Shown: piece by piece, positions 1-12,200 of the stretch
Layout: each line of letters starts with the position of its first letter
How positions within the stretch are numbered: the first letter of the stretch is position 1
NCBI RefSeq assembly: GCF_036321535.1
Contig: NC_087437.1
Span: 83,392,001-83,456,000, forward strand
Direction: 5' to 3'
Source of the DNA: Camelus dromedarius
Taxonomy: Eukaryota
Length of the DNA: 64,000 nt
Made by a program: the position numbers and the translations under genes
The notes under the pieces: generated by a model
The model's database searches: none
The model's input: only the letters and a program-made list of their open reading frames with translations
Told to the model about the DNA's origin: nothing

Positions 1-147
1 GGCTGTGCATATCTCTGTCATATCCATAGCTTGAAATCAACTACAGTGGAAGTATTTTTATGTCATGGAAATCAGCAAACACTACATATAGGGCTTTTTT
101 AAATTTTTCTGGAAAGCCATGTGTTAAACAATTAACCAGCATATCAA
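1..147 (-). mobile_element. MER63-like hAT DNA transposon fragment
   Basis: Resembles the recalled MER63 end (agcttgaaatc...ggaaatcagcaaacactaca...gttaaacaattaaccagca). Confidence 0.6.
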
Positions 148-1259
148 CCTAATGTAAAAGCCAAGGGTTTCCCAGAGATTGCAATTTAACTGCTACTGCA
201 GGTGAGACAGGAGGGAGTGAGTGGCAGAGACGGTGGCAACTACAGGCAGTCTGCTCCCCTGGGGGTTGTGGCTGGACAGTTTCAGCCTTCTCTTCTGATG
301 AGAGAACTTGAGCCCAGTGTTTGCCAGATTCTGATTTTTCAAAAGAAAAATTCATATTTTCATGTGAAATTTTCCAATTTAATACACCACATGGGCTATC
401 CAAACAGTCTGCAGACCATCTCTTAATCTGGTCTGACTTCCTCATTTCACAGATGAAGAAATGGAGACCTCACTGAGCTCATGATCTGATAGGCACCCAG
501 TAAGTCATAGAAACGGTGGTGTCTCAAGCAGGCACTATCTGGTGGCTCATTCACCGAAATGCTCTCCAGAGGTATTTCCTTTATAGGAGACTGGCCGTTA
601 AGTAACGTCAGGTGTGTATTCCCAGAGTTCACGAGTTCAGGAGCAGTTTCATCGACCCCCAAGATTTGCTCCGTATAATGCACCATGTCCTCTCTTAGAA
701 GTTTCAAAAGCATCTGGGACCTGGAAATAGACCTTGGATCCAGAATTATCAAGGTTTTCTTTGTGATCAAAAATCGAATCAACTGATTTTCCCATACTTT
801 ACCGCATTCCTTGAATTTGCCTCCATGTAGCCTAATAGAACATTTTTTGCTACATTTTGTATTTTTCTAAAGAAAAATAATAAGTCTACAAAAGGATTTT
901 AAATTTTTCCTCCACGTTGAGACTACAAGCTGGGCTTCAGGTGCCCTGGTTCACAGCAGCACTCGTTTGAGGAGAAAATGTCTGTGTTGATGGCAGGCCC
1001 TGCTCCCAGGAGGACAAGGAGAATGCAGGGACGAGGTGGTACTAAGCCTCGGCTGGATCCTTATTTGGAAAAGACCCTAGATGACAAGTCCAGTCTGGTC
1101 TAGATAATTCATAAAGCACTATTGCACAAATCTAATAATGATTTTTACGCAGAAAAAAATACAGAGAATCTCGATTATGCTCTCCCCGATGTGATTTTTC
1201 ATATTTAAATATGAATAATTTAAGTATGAATAATTCCTAGTGTAGGAACTATTTTTCAT

Positions 1260-1740
1260 TTTCTTAAGCATTTTTCACACTGTCATAGACATCATTATGG
1301 TATTTTTAATCACTCCATACTATTACTTTGAACTAAAGGACCAAAATTACCTACTTCATTATTGAACATTTATTTTCAAGCTTGCACTATTATAAATAAA
1401 AGCAATAAATATTTTCATGCATGTAATTTTTCCTTTACCAATAAAAATTATAATATTCCTAGAATTAAATTACTAAGTCAAAGCATATAAATTATCTTCA
1501 TAGCTCTCGAAATTGACTTCTAAAGGGGTTTTACCAATATTTTTATTGCTACCTACGAAGTATAAATGTTTCCATTTCATCATATCCTTAGCAGCTAACT
1601 TTTTTTTTGTTTTCTGCTCATTTAATAGGTATAAAATGGTATTTATAGTTTTAATTGTTATCTCACTGTTAACTGTCTAGGTTAAATATTTTTAATAAGT
1701 TTGTTAATTATATCCTCCCTTGGGTAAACAGCCTATTCAA
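1260..1740 (-). mobile_element. Old L1M 3' region fragment
   Basis: AT-rich degenerate match to antisense L1 3' sequence (tattataaataaaagcaataaatattt..., aaatggtatttatagttttaatt). Confidence 0.5.
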
Positions 1741-2549
1741 ACAGGCCTAGTTGTTTTCATGTCCTGTTCCTAGTAAACTAATCAAATGCATAGGCCCTTA
1801 CGAAAGCAGTTTGGTAAAGCAACCAGTTGAGTGTGACTCAAAATGAGTTTCTGTCTTTCCACTTAATAAACACCAATGCATCAGGATGAGTTAGATGTAT
1901 TTGCTTTTCCTCAAACAGTTAGAGTACTTTTAAATTTTTTGCCTAATATGTCCACCTCAAAAAACTCCTTTATTCCCCCGAAACCACTCAAAATCCAGCC
2001 TTTCCTCCCTCTGGGTCCCACTTTCTTCCTCACAAAATTAGAGTTTCTAATACTGACAAGAGTTGGGAGCATAGAAATATGTTTTCTTTGTTTCATCCAG
2101 AAAAAAAGGGTTCTAATTCAAAAGAAAGATGGTAACTATTACCTGGACTGAAACCTGCTATTTCTCAAGCAGTGTGCGTAATACTTTGTGGGGAAAGATT
2201 AAGAATGCTAGTGTAAGACTCTTCCGTGAGTTGAGATTTCTTCTTCGCTCTGTCTCATCAGGACTCAGCCATCCGGAAGACCCTCTCCTCAGACAGAAGT
2301 TACCCAAAAGCTTTCTTTCAGTAACTACTAAAAACAAAATCATTTTTTTCTAGGAAAGGGGAGAAGGCAGACAACACAAAGGGGCTTAAAATGATGCATA
2401 TATGGAACCAGACCAGAAATCTCTGAGCTAAATCTGATGCTCCTTCATAAGTTAACCCGCTTGTGAAGCATGTTTGCTTCTCTTGCCGTTGTTCTATTTT
2501 AGTCTTCATTTTATCAACCTTTCCACATATGTCATTTTTTAAATAAGCC

Positions 2550-3755
2550 AGGTGTCTTCAAACAGGGCACTCATACTCCTAGAGTATGATGTACCCCTAA
2601 GGGCACACACAAGCTATCAGAGGGGCCTGTGGGAGTGGATAGTTTTAAAGCAATCATTTCTGGATCTTTGACTTTCTATGACCTCTTTCTGAAAACTGAT
2701 CCAGCTGAAAACTTGCCTGCTGTCTCCTTTATAGCCTCCCTCTAGAAATGATTGCTCTGTCCCATTTAGCTAAACGAAGGCGTACCTCTCCCTCTTCTCA
2801 GATCTTACTGTGTGTTACCCCAGTGTATAAAATCCTCCTGGGTACAGAGAAGCCATTTTAAATATTGTTGTTGAGATAGGAGATGACTTTAGTTCAAATA
2901 AAACGTCCTTCTCCAAACTGGGTGATTTCCTTTTTTTTTTCCCTTGATTTCAACAAAATTGAATAAAGAAATGTATTAATTTGTCAGGAAACAAAATCAT
3001 TAGAAATAATTGTTGATGATGGGCCACAATGTGAATTCTGGAAAATAAGTAAGAAAGAATTTAAATAATTAAGTTACATTCCTTCAAACTCCATGTACTT
3101 ACATATAGGAACAAGGTTTTTCAATATTTTCATTTATAAAAGTAAAAAATAGGATCAGGGAAATGCAAATCAAAACCACAATGAGGTATCACCTCACACC
3201 AATTAAAAAGGGTTTTATCAAAAAGACGAGAAGTAACACATTCAATGAGTAATATCCATATACAAATGCATGAAATAATTGGGGGAAATGTACCATCACT
3301 TCATTAAGAAATACATCTCCAATAAAATTTAATTCATATTTTTAGTAAGTATTTATCAACATTTGTATAAGTTGTGTTTTGCTCCATTTGTAATCATCAT
3401 AGAGGCTTTAAAAAAAGTTCATTTCAATGTATACATATAGTTTCTTGCCAAGAAGCATGATGGGGTGATAAAATTCTATAAAGGAAATAAAATGGAAATG
3501 AAAGTTCCAAGAAAATAAGGAGTGAGATCAAATTTCTGGTTTTTAAAGAGCTTATTTTTAAATGTTTAATGTGGATATTTTAGGTTCATGGGATACAGTA
3601 AAAGGAGGCATATAAGTTTTAGTTTAAATTATCAATATTAAGTAATTTTAAATTTTATGGTGAAAAAAATTGTTTGATGTCTACTTAAGTATGTGTGAGG
3701 TTTTTGAAATTCTTTCAGAGGATACCTAAGCCATATAAACCTTTTTGAGAAGTAG
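2550..3755 (+). mobile_element. hAT-Charlie-type DNA transposon remnant interrupted by an L1 ORF2 fragment (3156-3240)
   Basis: 3091-3153 translates to PCTYI*EQGFSIFSFIKVKNR, resembling the hAT dimerisation motif; 3156-3240 is classic L1 'agggaaatgcaaatcaaaaccacaatgag'. Confidence 0.55.
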
Positions 3756-4684
3756 ATGATGTATAAATAAGGTCAAAAATAAATAGATGGGACATCGCAC
3801 TGGGCCTCAGAAACGCCCACAGCTAAGAACAGGAGCACGTGCTTTCAGGCACTGCCAGGAGTACCCTTCATAGCACAGGCCGTGTTTATTGTTCTTGAGA
3901 TTCTTATTAATTAGATTTATCCCTTCCAACCTCATGGAAATGTACGCTTCTGAAAAGAGTGTTAGAAATGTGCCATTTTGTTGTGCTATGTTACCAAAGG
4001 AGTTCACAGATTTCCATGAGTTTCCACACAAAGTTACATTCCATTTTTCTTAAAATAATAATTAGCTAGCTTTTATTAAATATCTACTATCTTCTAGGCC
4101 AGTAGTTCTCCTGAGAAATTGTTATAAGTGCAAATGTTATAACCCAAAACTATGAAATCAGAAACTCTGGGCATGGGGGTCCAGCAAACGTGGTGATTCA
4201 GATACAGGCCAAAGAAGATTATATTTACAGAACATCTGGTGGGGGGCCTTGAACATAGTAGGTATTTAATAAAAACTAGCTGCTATTACTTTTATAGTAA
4301 GTGGTTCATCCTAGCTCCTTGAAAGAAGTTTTCTAGTTACTTTGAGATCCTTGGAAGAAATAGTTCTATGTGTTCCATTATTCATAGGATAAAATGACTT
4401 ATGTTTCAGATCAAACTCATTTGTCTTCTACCCAAAACAGATTTGCTCCTCCAACCTCCCTGTTTCTATCAATGGCAAAAATACATACATAAATTTCTGA
4501 GGGTTTCAGCTGGAAACTTCCCTGTTGAAAGACCACACTGGGTGATCTCAGGTGCCCATAAGCCTGGACATGTTTCTTAAACCAGCTGCTTCAGGATGTG
4601 AAATTCCCACTATCAAAGTCACTTTATTGAGTTAAGAAATTGCATCCACAAGTCGTATGTTAAAAATGTACATGTGTTTTCTAA

Positions 4685-4731
4685 CAGAAATTGACATGAC
4701 ATTGTAAACTGACTTTACTTCAATAAAAAAA
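4685..4731 (+). mobile_element. Very short L1 3' tail
   Basis: cagaaattgacatgacattgtaaactgactttacttcaataaaaaaa; reverse complement of the L1 tails at 7210 and 7527. Confidence 0.7.
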
Positions 4732-5849
4732 GAGCACACACAAAAAAGGTACATATACTTTCTGAAGAAGACATGTATCTGTGCAAAAGCAAATCAGAAA
4801 TTCAGAGTAACTGGAATTCACCCAGTAGATTCCTAAGTGTCTCGTGTTACTGCTGCTGCTGATGATGACAGGCATGCTCTCCTGGAAGGAGGCGCTGAGC
4901 AGAGTCTGGGGCACCTGGGACAAGAAGACAGCTACCTGTCACTTATAGAAGGGCTGGGCTTCCACAGACATTCTGCCGCTGCACGTATAACATCGCTGGG
5001 AAGTATGTGTCACGGGATAGGAAATGAGTCAGTGAGACCCAGCGAGTTCACAGACCAGGGAGCAGGCAGGCTTCACTCCCAGGTTAGGACTCCACACTCA
5101 CCCATCAGGCCATCCCTCTTTGCCTTTGTGCTAGAAAACTGCAGTGAAGTAAGCTGCACCTACTTCAGGGCTGTACCTGCCGTCAAGGCCAGTCGGCCAT
5201 CAGCACATCCGTTTCCCCTGCGGCTGCTCTCCCTGTCCGTTCCCATCGCCTTCTCTCAAGAGCCACGATCTACTGCAGGGCTTCTTCCTCTGATCTAAGC
5301 CTCCACTTATACTTTTTGCATATTTTGTCTTTGTAAAACACTGTGTTCATCAATTTACAATTTTGCAGGGCTTTTTTTTTTTTTCTTCACTGTCTTGGTG
5401 CAAGAAGTAGTTTAGCCTCAGTGACTCCAAGAACCACTTAGCTAGCACGTTGAATGCAGATCCCAAGGCCCTGTTTCCTCTGGTTCTGTTTTCACTGATC
5501 TGGGATAGGGTCTATGGATCTCAGCCTTGATCACCTCCACCCAGGTGGTAGTGACCAGGTTTGCCTACTAAAAACCATATTCTGAGAAACACTGCTCTTC
5601 AGTAATTACATCCAAACTCAGTTTGTCATTTAAGGTACTCCAAGATTTTTTTTACCTTCCCTGCCCCACCCTCACATAATAAAGAGTAAATTTTGGCGGA
5701 TCTTTGGTCACATGTAATATGAACTGAAAAAAGTGAGCTTTTATGTGGCTATTTTAGAGCATACCATGTTGAGCACAGAAAGCTAACCTAAATTGAAATA
5801 TCCAGAAGCATATATATCTCAAAAGCATTTTTCTCCCCTGAAGGTACAG

Positions 5850-5962
5850 CAAACAAGAAACTAGAATGAGGAAAGACGACAGCACCAAAGTGTGGCCCCT
5901 GAAATACAAGCAACTTCTCCACATAGAGGACCATGACTTTGCAATGAGACCTGGATTTGGAG
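5850..5962 (+). CDS. GABRR3: GABA-A receptor rho3 subunit, internal coding exon (N-terminal region; KQETRMRKDDSTKVWPLKYKQLLHIEDHDFAMRPGFG)
   Basis: Manual translation matches the rho3 N-terminus (HDFAMRPGFGG motif). Acceptor ...gtacAG|c, donor g|GTgagt; 113 nt; phase fits the next exon. An alternative acceptor would start the exon at 5844. Confidence 0.93.
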
Positions 5963-6439
5963 GTGAGTACTGTCTTTACAAAACTCTCGTGCCGTGTGCC
6001 ATTGTGCTGTCAGAACTGAGTTGAAAATTTGAAGCAATTGCAACCAAAACACAAGACCATCAATTTAAAAAAGAACAAAAACAAAAAACCTTTTATAGTG
6101 ATCTTCTCTTAAATAACCATTGATAATGTATGCATTTTAAATTAACCGAAAAAACTCAATGTTTTACTATATATATTATTGTAAATAGGTGTTCGATAAA
6201 TAGAATGTGTTCAGAAAATAGTCAATGTATATATCCTGCCCATACAGCAACTTATTGTTTTAATTAAAATGTTATATTGGGTTACATGATAATACTCATA
6301 AAATCATGTTGGCTATTCCTGTGAGCTGGAATGCCTGACTTCTGTGGAAGAACTAGCATGCCAAACGCCATGGCTCCCTGTGAACCACCTCTACTGAGGT
6401 GTTTTCTTCTTATCATGTCTGGCAACCAAAATTGATGGA

Positions 6440-6660
6440 AATGTTGGAGTGGCAGGCACTGTGCTAAGCCCTCTGACGCACCGCCTCATTCCACCCTCAC
6501 AGTGACCCTGTGAAGTAGGCATTATTATGATCCTTCATATTCTGGTGTGGAAACTGGGGCTTAGAAAGGTTGAGAAATTTGCTCAAGGACATGAAAAAGC
6601 AGTAAATGGTAGAACCAAGATGCAAGGACAAGTAAGAACAGAAGCAAGCCGTATTAGATG
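6440..6660 (-). mobile_element. MIR SINE
   Basis: caggcactgtgctaag...gaaactggggcttagaaaggttgagaaatttgctcaagg core. Confidence 0.7.
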
Positions 6661-7200
6661 GATGCCCTTGGAACAAAGCCTTTCCTGCCCTCAGATTATT
6701 TAACTGGCATAGTTGTACCACTGAGGGTACCAAGTTTTCGAGAGAGAGACAGGATGTGGTGAAATCAACCAGTTGAACTGAACTCTCTACCTTACTGCTA
6801 AATCCATCCTGACTCTTCTGCCAGTGACCTAAGGTCCCCCAGTCCCATGATTCCTGAACTGACAGCTTTTCATGCTAGAGATGTGGAGATAAGAGAAGTG
6901 AGTGTGGGAGTGAGGAAGCAGGATCCCCCAGAGGTACCACTTTTTGATAAGCAACTAATACTTGAAGTCCTCAGCAGTGGGTGGGGAGAACTTGATACTC
7001 ATCATATTGTGTCTGTGACAAAGGGAAGCAAACAGGCATGTAGGTACCATAGAAAACTAACTTGTTAACAGGTTAAGAAGTACATCAGGTAGCTGTTATG
7101 TTGAGGGTTGTTTGGTTTTTGCTCTTTAATTTCCTGGAATCTATTGGGTTGCAACTCTAAGGGTCTGATTTTGATTTTATTAGGCTAATGATGCAAATTT

Positions 7201-7580
7201 AATTTATTTTTTTATTGAAGCATAGTCACTTTATAATGTTGTGTCAATTTCTGGTGTACAGCACAATACTTCAGTCATACAGGAACATACGTATGTATTT
7301 GTTTTCATATTCTTTTTCACCATAGGTTACTACAAGATATTGAATATAGTTCCCTGTGTTATACAGTATAAATTTTTTGTTTATCTATTATATATATATT
7401 AGTATCTGCAAATCTAGAGCTCCCAATTTATCCCTTCCCACCCCTTCCCCCCTGGGTAACCATAAGTTTGTTTTCTATGTCTGTAAGTCGGTTTATGTTT
7501 TGTAAATAAGTTCATTTGTCTTTTGTTTTTTTGAAATATAGTCAGTTTACAGTGTTGTGTCAATTTCTGGTGTACAGCTA
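7201..7580 (-). mobile_element. Camelid-type L1 3' end with a second L1 tail attached
   Basis: tttttattgaagcatagtcactttataatgttgtgtcaatttctggtgtacagc, repeated at ~7527-7578; flanked by atgcaaa(t/c)tt (7191-7200, 7581-7590). Confidence 0.85.
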
Positions 7581-7584
7581 TGCA

Positions 7585-7752
7585 AACTTCAGCAAGCATC
7601 AGAGCACCTGGGGGCTTCTTAACACATATCACTGGGCTGTACCCACAGAGGCCTAGATTCACTAGATATGGTGGGGCCACCAGTGTGCATGTCTTATAAA
7701 TTTCTAGGTGATACTGATGCTGCCAATCTGAGAATCACATTCGATAACTACT
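7585..7752. mobile_element. MER5-like hAT-Charlie MITE
   Basis: gcatcagagcacctggggg...ggtgatactgatgctgcc...cacattcgataactact. Confidence 0.65.
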
Positions 7753-8223
7753 CAATCAGATTATCAGCATCAGATTAAGTCATGGTGAGTGTAAATGTTT
7801 TTGTTTTTCCAGAGCATTTCTCACACTTTCTGAACCTAATTTAAGATTTTAAAAGCCTCAGAATAAATCAAGTTTAAAGACGTGTGCGTTTTTTACTTTT
7901 AAGTCTGTTTCCTTATCTTCTGGGGTTTTTTTGTTTATGTTTGTTTTTGTTTTTGTTTTATTTTACATCACTACTTCTCAGATGTGTCATTCTTACCACA
8001 ATTCTCCTACGGATGTCTGGGCCTTAACTACTACTCCTGATAGATTGTTTCTTTCCCCTAACCAAATTTACCAAGACTTTGGATAATATACTCTGTGACT
8101 ATCATGCAGGTATTCTGAACCTTGGTCTCTATAAAGAGTTTCTAAAATCTTTGCCCTGCTACCAAACGTTTAGTCGGAGAAAATCTTACGAAGTTAAATT
8201 TGCCCGGCTATGAGTCTGTAAAG

Positions 8224-8237
8224 CCACTAGAGGGCGC
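8224..8237 (+). promoter_or_regulatory. CTCF motif CCACTAGAGGGCGC
   Basis: Exact match to the core consensus CCASYAGRKGGCRS. Confidence 0.7.
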
Positions 8238-8489
8238 AAGACTCACAGGAATGGTTTGAAATAGACACCTCTGGAGTAGACTTCAGCAGCTCAGAGTGAT
8301 GTACTCTCCTCAACAGCAATTCAAAAACCTGCCCTAATTCCTGTCAGGTTAGGTTCCTCAAATAAATGAATTCCTGTCCTAGAGGAAAGGCTTTTTATGG
8401 GCCTATTTTAGACCGTTAAAAGCCAGAAAGATTAAGAGAAAAATTACTGTCCTTGAATTTGGACCTTGAAACGAGCGCTCTAGACTTTG

Positions 8490-8646
8490 TAGCTCAAAGT
8501 GGTCCGAGGACCAGCAGCAGAATCACCTGGAAGCGAGTTAGAAACGCAGACGATCAGGCCCCACCCCAAGTTTTCTGAATCAAAATCTGCATTTTTAACA
8601 CAATCCCCAGGTGAATCCAGTACACTTTACAATTTGCGAAGCACTG
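8490..8646. mobile_element. MER5A-like MITE
   Basis: ctcaaagtggtccgaggaccagcagc...gttagaaacgcaga...gaatcaaaatctgcattttt...gaagcactg. Confidence 0.75.
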
Positions 8647-9070
8647 TCATAGATTACTAAGAGCTGACCCTCTGCTTTTATCTTAAAACATTTATGCCTT
8701 TATTCTCCCTTTTCTATATCATCCCCATCCCCCAGGAAAACATAAAATTGACCTTAAATTTCCACTTCTCCTGATCTGTTAGAGATGCGTGTTAACATTT
8801 TTTTAAACAATTTTTTTTTCCCTGAGGCTACTTTGTGGGGTTCTTAAAAATGCAATTGAAATGTGCTACTTAGTGGCAGGTGGCAAATCATCCCACGATT
8901 AAGAAATTTTTCTGACAATCGTGGACTGGGGCTAAATGATATCCAAACGGCTTGCGTGTTCAGTCAGTTCAGGCAGAAAAATGCATAAATTCAGTCAGAA
9001 GTGTCAGTCTGGTAGCTCTGTGAAATATATTCCTTAACCTCCTCTTGTCTTGGTGAGAACAGCTTTTTAT

Positions 9071-9214
9071 TTTTTAATTTCTTTAGAATAATTTTGGGGG
9101 TAATTGAGTTTATTTATTTATTTTTTAACTTAATGGAGGTACTGGGGATGGAGCCCAGGACCTCATGCAGGCCAAGCATGTGCTCTACCACAGAGTTATA
9201 CCTTCCCCCCGCAT
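9071..9214 (-). mobile_element. tRNA-derived SINE, camelid Vic-1 type
   Basis: Minus strand reads ggggggaaggtataactctgtggtagagcacatgctt...gaggtcctgggctccatccccagtacctcc (degenerate A/B boxes) plus an A-rich tail; perfect 13-bp TSD aacagctttttat (9058-9070, 9215-9227). Confidence 0.85.
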
Positions 9215-12200
9215 AACAGCTTTTTATATCAGTGACCCATTCTCTGCTCTCTCAAACTTGCCTTCCTGGGAAAATCAGACTGCAGGTTGTTAAAGACAGA
9301 CTTAAATTTATCTCCTCTCCCTTTCTACTTGTCTGTAACACTAACACACACACATACTCCTTTCCTCTTGAGTTAAATGTAACTTCAGCACTTCTCTTGC
9401 TTTAATGTTTTCCTAATTAGCTGTAACATTAAAACCAGCTGCTACCACAGTGTTTTTTACTTTTATAAAGCATTAGAAGATTAATTGACTCATTATGTAG
9501 AAACAGGAGGATATAAATTTAGAGGAGCATTTTGTTTAACTTGGGTTATAAATTGCAGCTCATTTTCTTTATTTATGTTTTCCCTCCCCTTTACAGCTCT
9601 CATAACTAAGGGCTTTTTTGTTTTAGTCTTATAGATGATGATGTCTTTGTTTCTTTAAAGTGAAATCAATTTGGCATCTAGATACCGGCTACTGAGTCAA
9701 AACCGAAGCTAGAGTTGTAAAAGCCACTTGTCTAGTCTTTGCTTGTCAAACGGGCCGACTAGACCAGGAGCCAGAGGGACCTGGCTGTACCCCTGCATTC
9801 ACTGGCTCTGGGTTTCAGGCAAGTTCTCAGCCTCTCTGAGCATGACTTCCCATATATGTCAAACGGAGCTCCAATTGTTTCTACCCAGCTACCTAACAAA
9901 ATTGCTGTAATGATAACATGAGATAACATATCAAGTATTTTAAATGCACTACACAAATAAGGTGAATAACTTTTACTTAGCTCTCCTTATCTCAGCATGC
10001 ATAAAAACCAGACTGCTCACCTGTCTTCACACATGAAGGGAGCAGGGTAAGTCTCTGCGACTGCCTAGTCATTGATCCTGGGACATCAATGCCATAATCA
10101 TAAAACAGTTAACATTTATTTAATTTTTACTGGATTCCAAATGTTTTATATAGGGAATTAATAAAAGTATTTATGGAATGGTTATTATTCATGCTATATA
10201 TATTACTGATGCAAAGATATGGAACGAGTTGGTTAAGACATTTCAATGGGGTTTGGCTAACGACTTGGCATGCATTCTTTTATTTGGTCTCACAGCAACC
10301 CCATTAGACACACACCATATACTTATTTCCCCTGTTTTACAGATGAGCATACTAAGGCATAGAAGAGAGGATTTACAGAAGTTTGGCTTTAACTCAGGTT
10401 TCTGTGGCTACAGATTTCATAATTTTTAACCTATCTGCTTTATCGCCACCCTCTCTGGGACTCAGCTCCTATTTTATAGAAAGAATGTTCTTTGGCGCTT
10501 TTATCCAGCTCCAAAATGCTGTGATTCTGCATCTTGCCTTTCCATGCCCTCACCCTCCACTCTGTCCTCAAGAATGTCAGAGCACAGGATAGAGTCCTAG
10601 ACCCGGGAGTAAGGTACATGTGGCCGTGGAATGCAAAGGAGACAAAAATGAGGTCAGATGGCATCTGAGGACAAATACTTCCCTTCAAGATGCGAGAGCT
10701 CATCCCCACAAGACTAGAACAAACCAGAGAGAAGACAGAAGAATCTAAGATGTTTCCAGGAATCCACTGCTAAAGGACAAGCCATGTTTGTACCACTGTC
10801 AGACCAGCCTTCAAATAACCTCAAGGGCCCGGTGCTTGTCAGTGGTGGCATGAATGTGTCCTTGTACAGTGGCTTTATAAGACCGTCCCCAGACTTGCAG
10901 GGATAGTCATCAGTAACTGGGTCCTACTCACAAGTCATGATTCTCTCTGAGAGGCACTGGATCATTTGTTATGAAGAGTGGACTGATTGTCTGAATGTCT
11001 GAGTGCAGGATTGGGAATTATGGTTTGCAGTCCTAGGAGCAGACTGACAGTTTGGCTGAATTTCAGTAGCAGTAACATTCTGTGCCATTTATCGAGTACT
11101 AACTGAGTATTATTTCTAGTCCTTAAATAAGTCTCCAAGGTGAGTACTACTACTCAGATCTTATAGCCAAGAAAGCTAAGCTTAGAGAAGTTACTGACCT
11201 TAGATCACAGGTGAGTTGTGGAGCTGAGTTCCAACTCCAGTCTGGTATTAACATGCCGGAATTTTCTCCAGGACATTCTGCTCCCTCTTTCAGACCTCTC
11301 CAGTCCCTTCAGTCCCTTAGAGTACTGGAGTTAACGGGAAGATTTACTCATCCTGAAAGGCTGTGTGGGGCCAGACATGAGATCTTTCCATGAATTTTTA
11401 TTTTGATATCTCTACCAATTCAAGAAAAAAGGCAAACAAAACAAAATAAAAGCATCAGAGCTTAAATCAGTACAGGAATAATATTAAGCTGTTCCCAAGT
11501 CAGTGCTTAATCATAATTATCATTAAATAAATATTTAATAGAACTGTCATTACTAATGTTGTAGAAAGTAATTGGTCCAATATGGCAGGAAGTAGTTGGT
11601 GGTTAAGATGCAAATGAGGTATTCCTAAAGCCTGAAGCAGAGATACATTCTAGTGACAGGCCAGCTGCGTCCTCGTAAGTAAGAAGGTTTAGACTTAGGG
11701 AGCAGAAAAGGGAGCTTGTGTTGATAAAGAGAAGGTCATGTCAGCCAATTAATGGAGGGACTCATAGATGGTGGACAGGGACTGGCGAGGCTTGTCTCAT
11801 TTTATAATGTGTTGTACATTTAAAACACAATGATTAGGTGCTTTATTGACCTATATGCACATATATGTCACATGTGGTACACCCAGACATTAATTAGCTC
11901 AGTAAGGAAGGAGGATTTTCTGGCCTGACCCTTCTGAATCCCAAAATCTTGATTGACACAGCCACCTGGGATCATCTAGGCAAGATTTCTGTTTTTTCAA
12001 CAAGGAGTTGAAAGCATTTTTAAACTGGGGACTATAAAATTTAATTGAGAATTGCTCTCCATGGAAAGAAAACATGTGAAGACTCTATGTATAAATATAT
12101 AAATTATTGTAATATATATCTGCATCAAATTTCACATACAAATACTAAATAGTGAAGTTATTAACATCAGCATCCCATCACACAGAACCAGTGAGACCCT

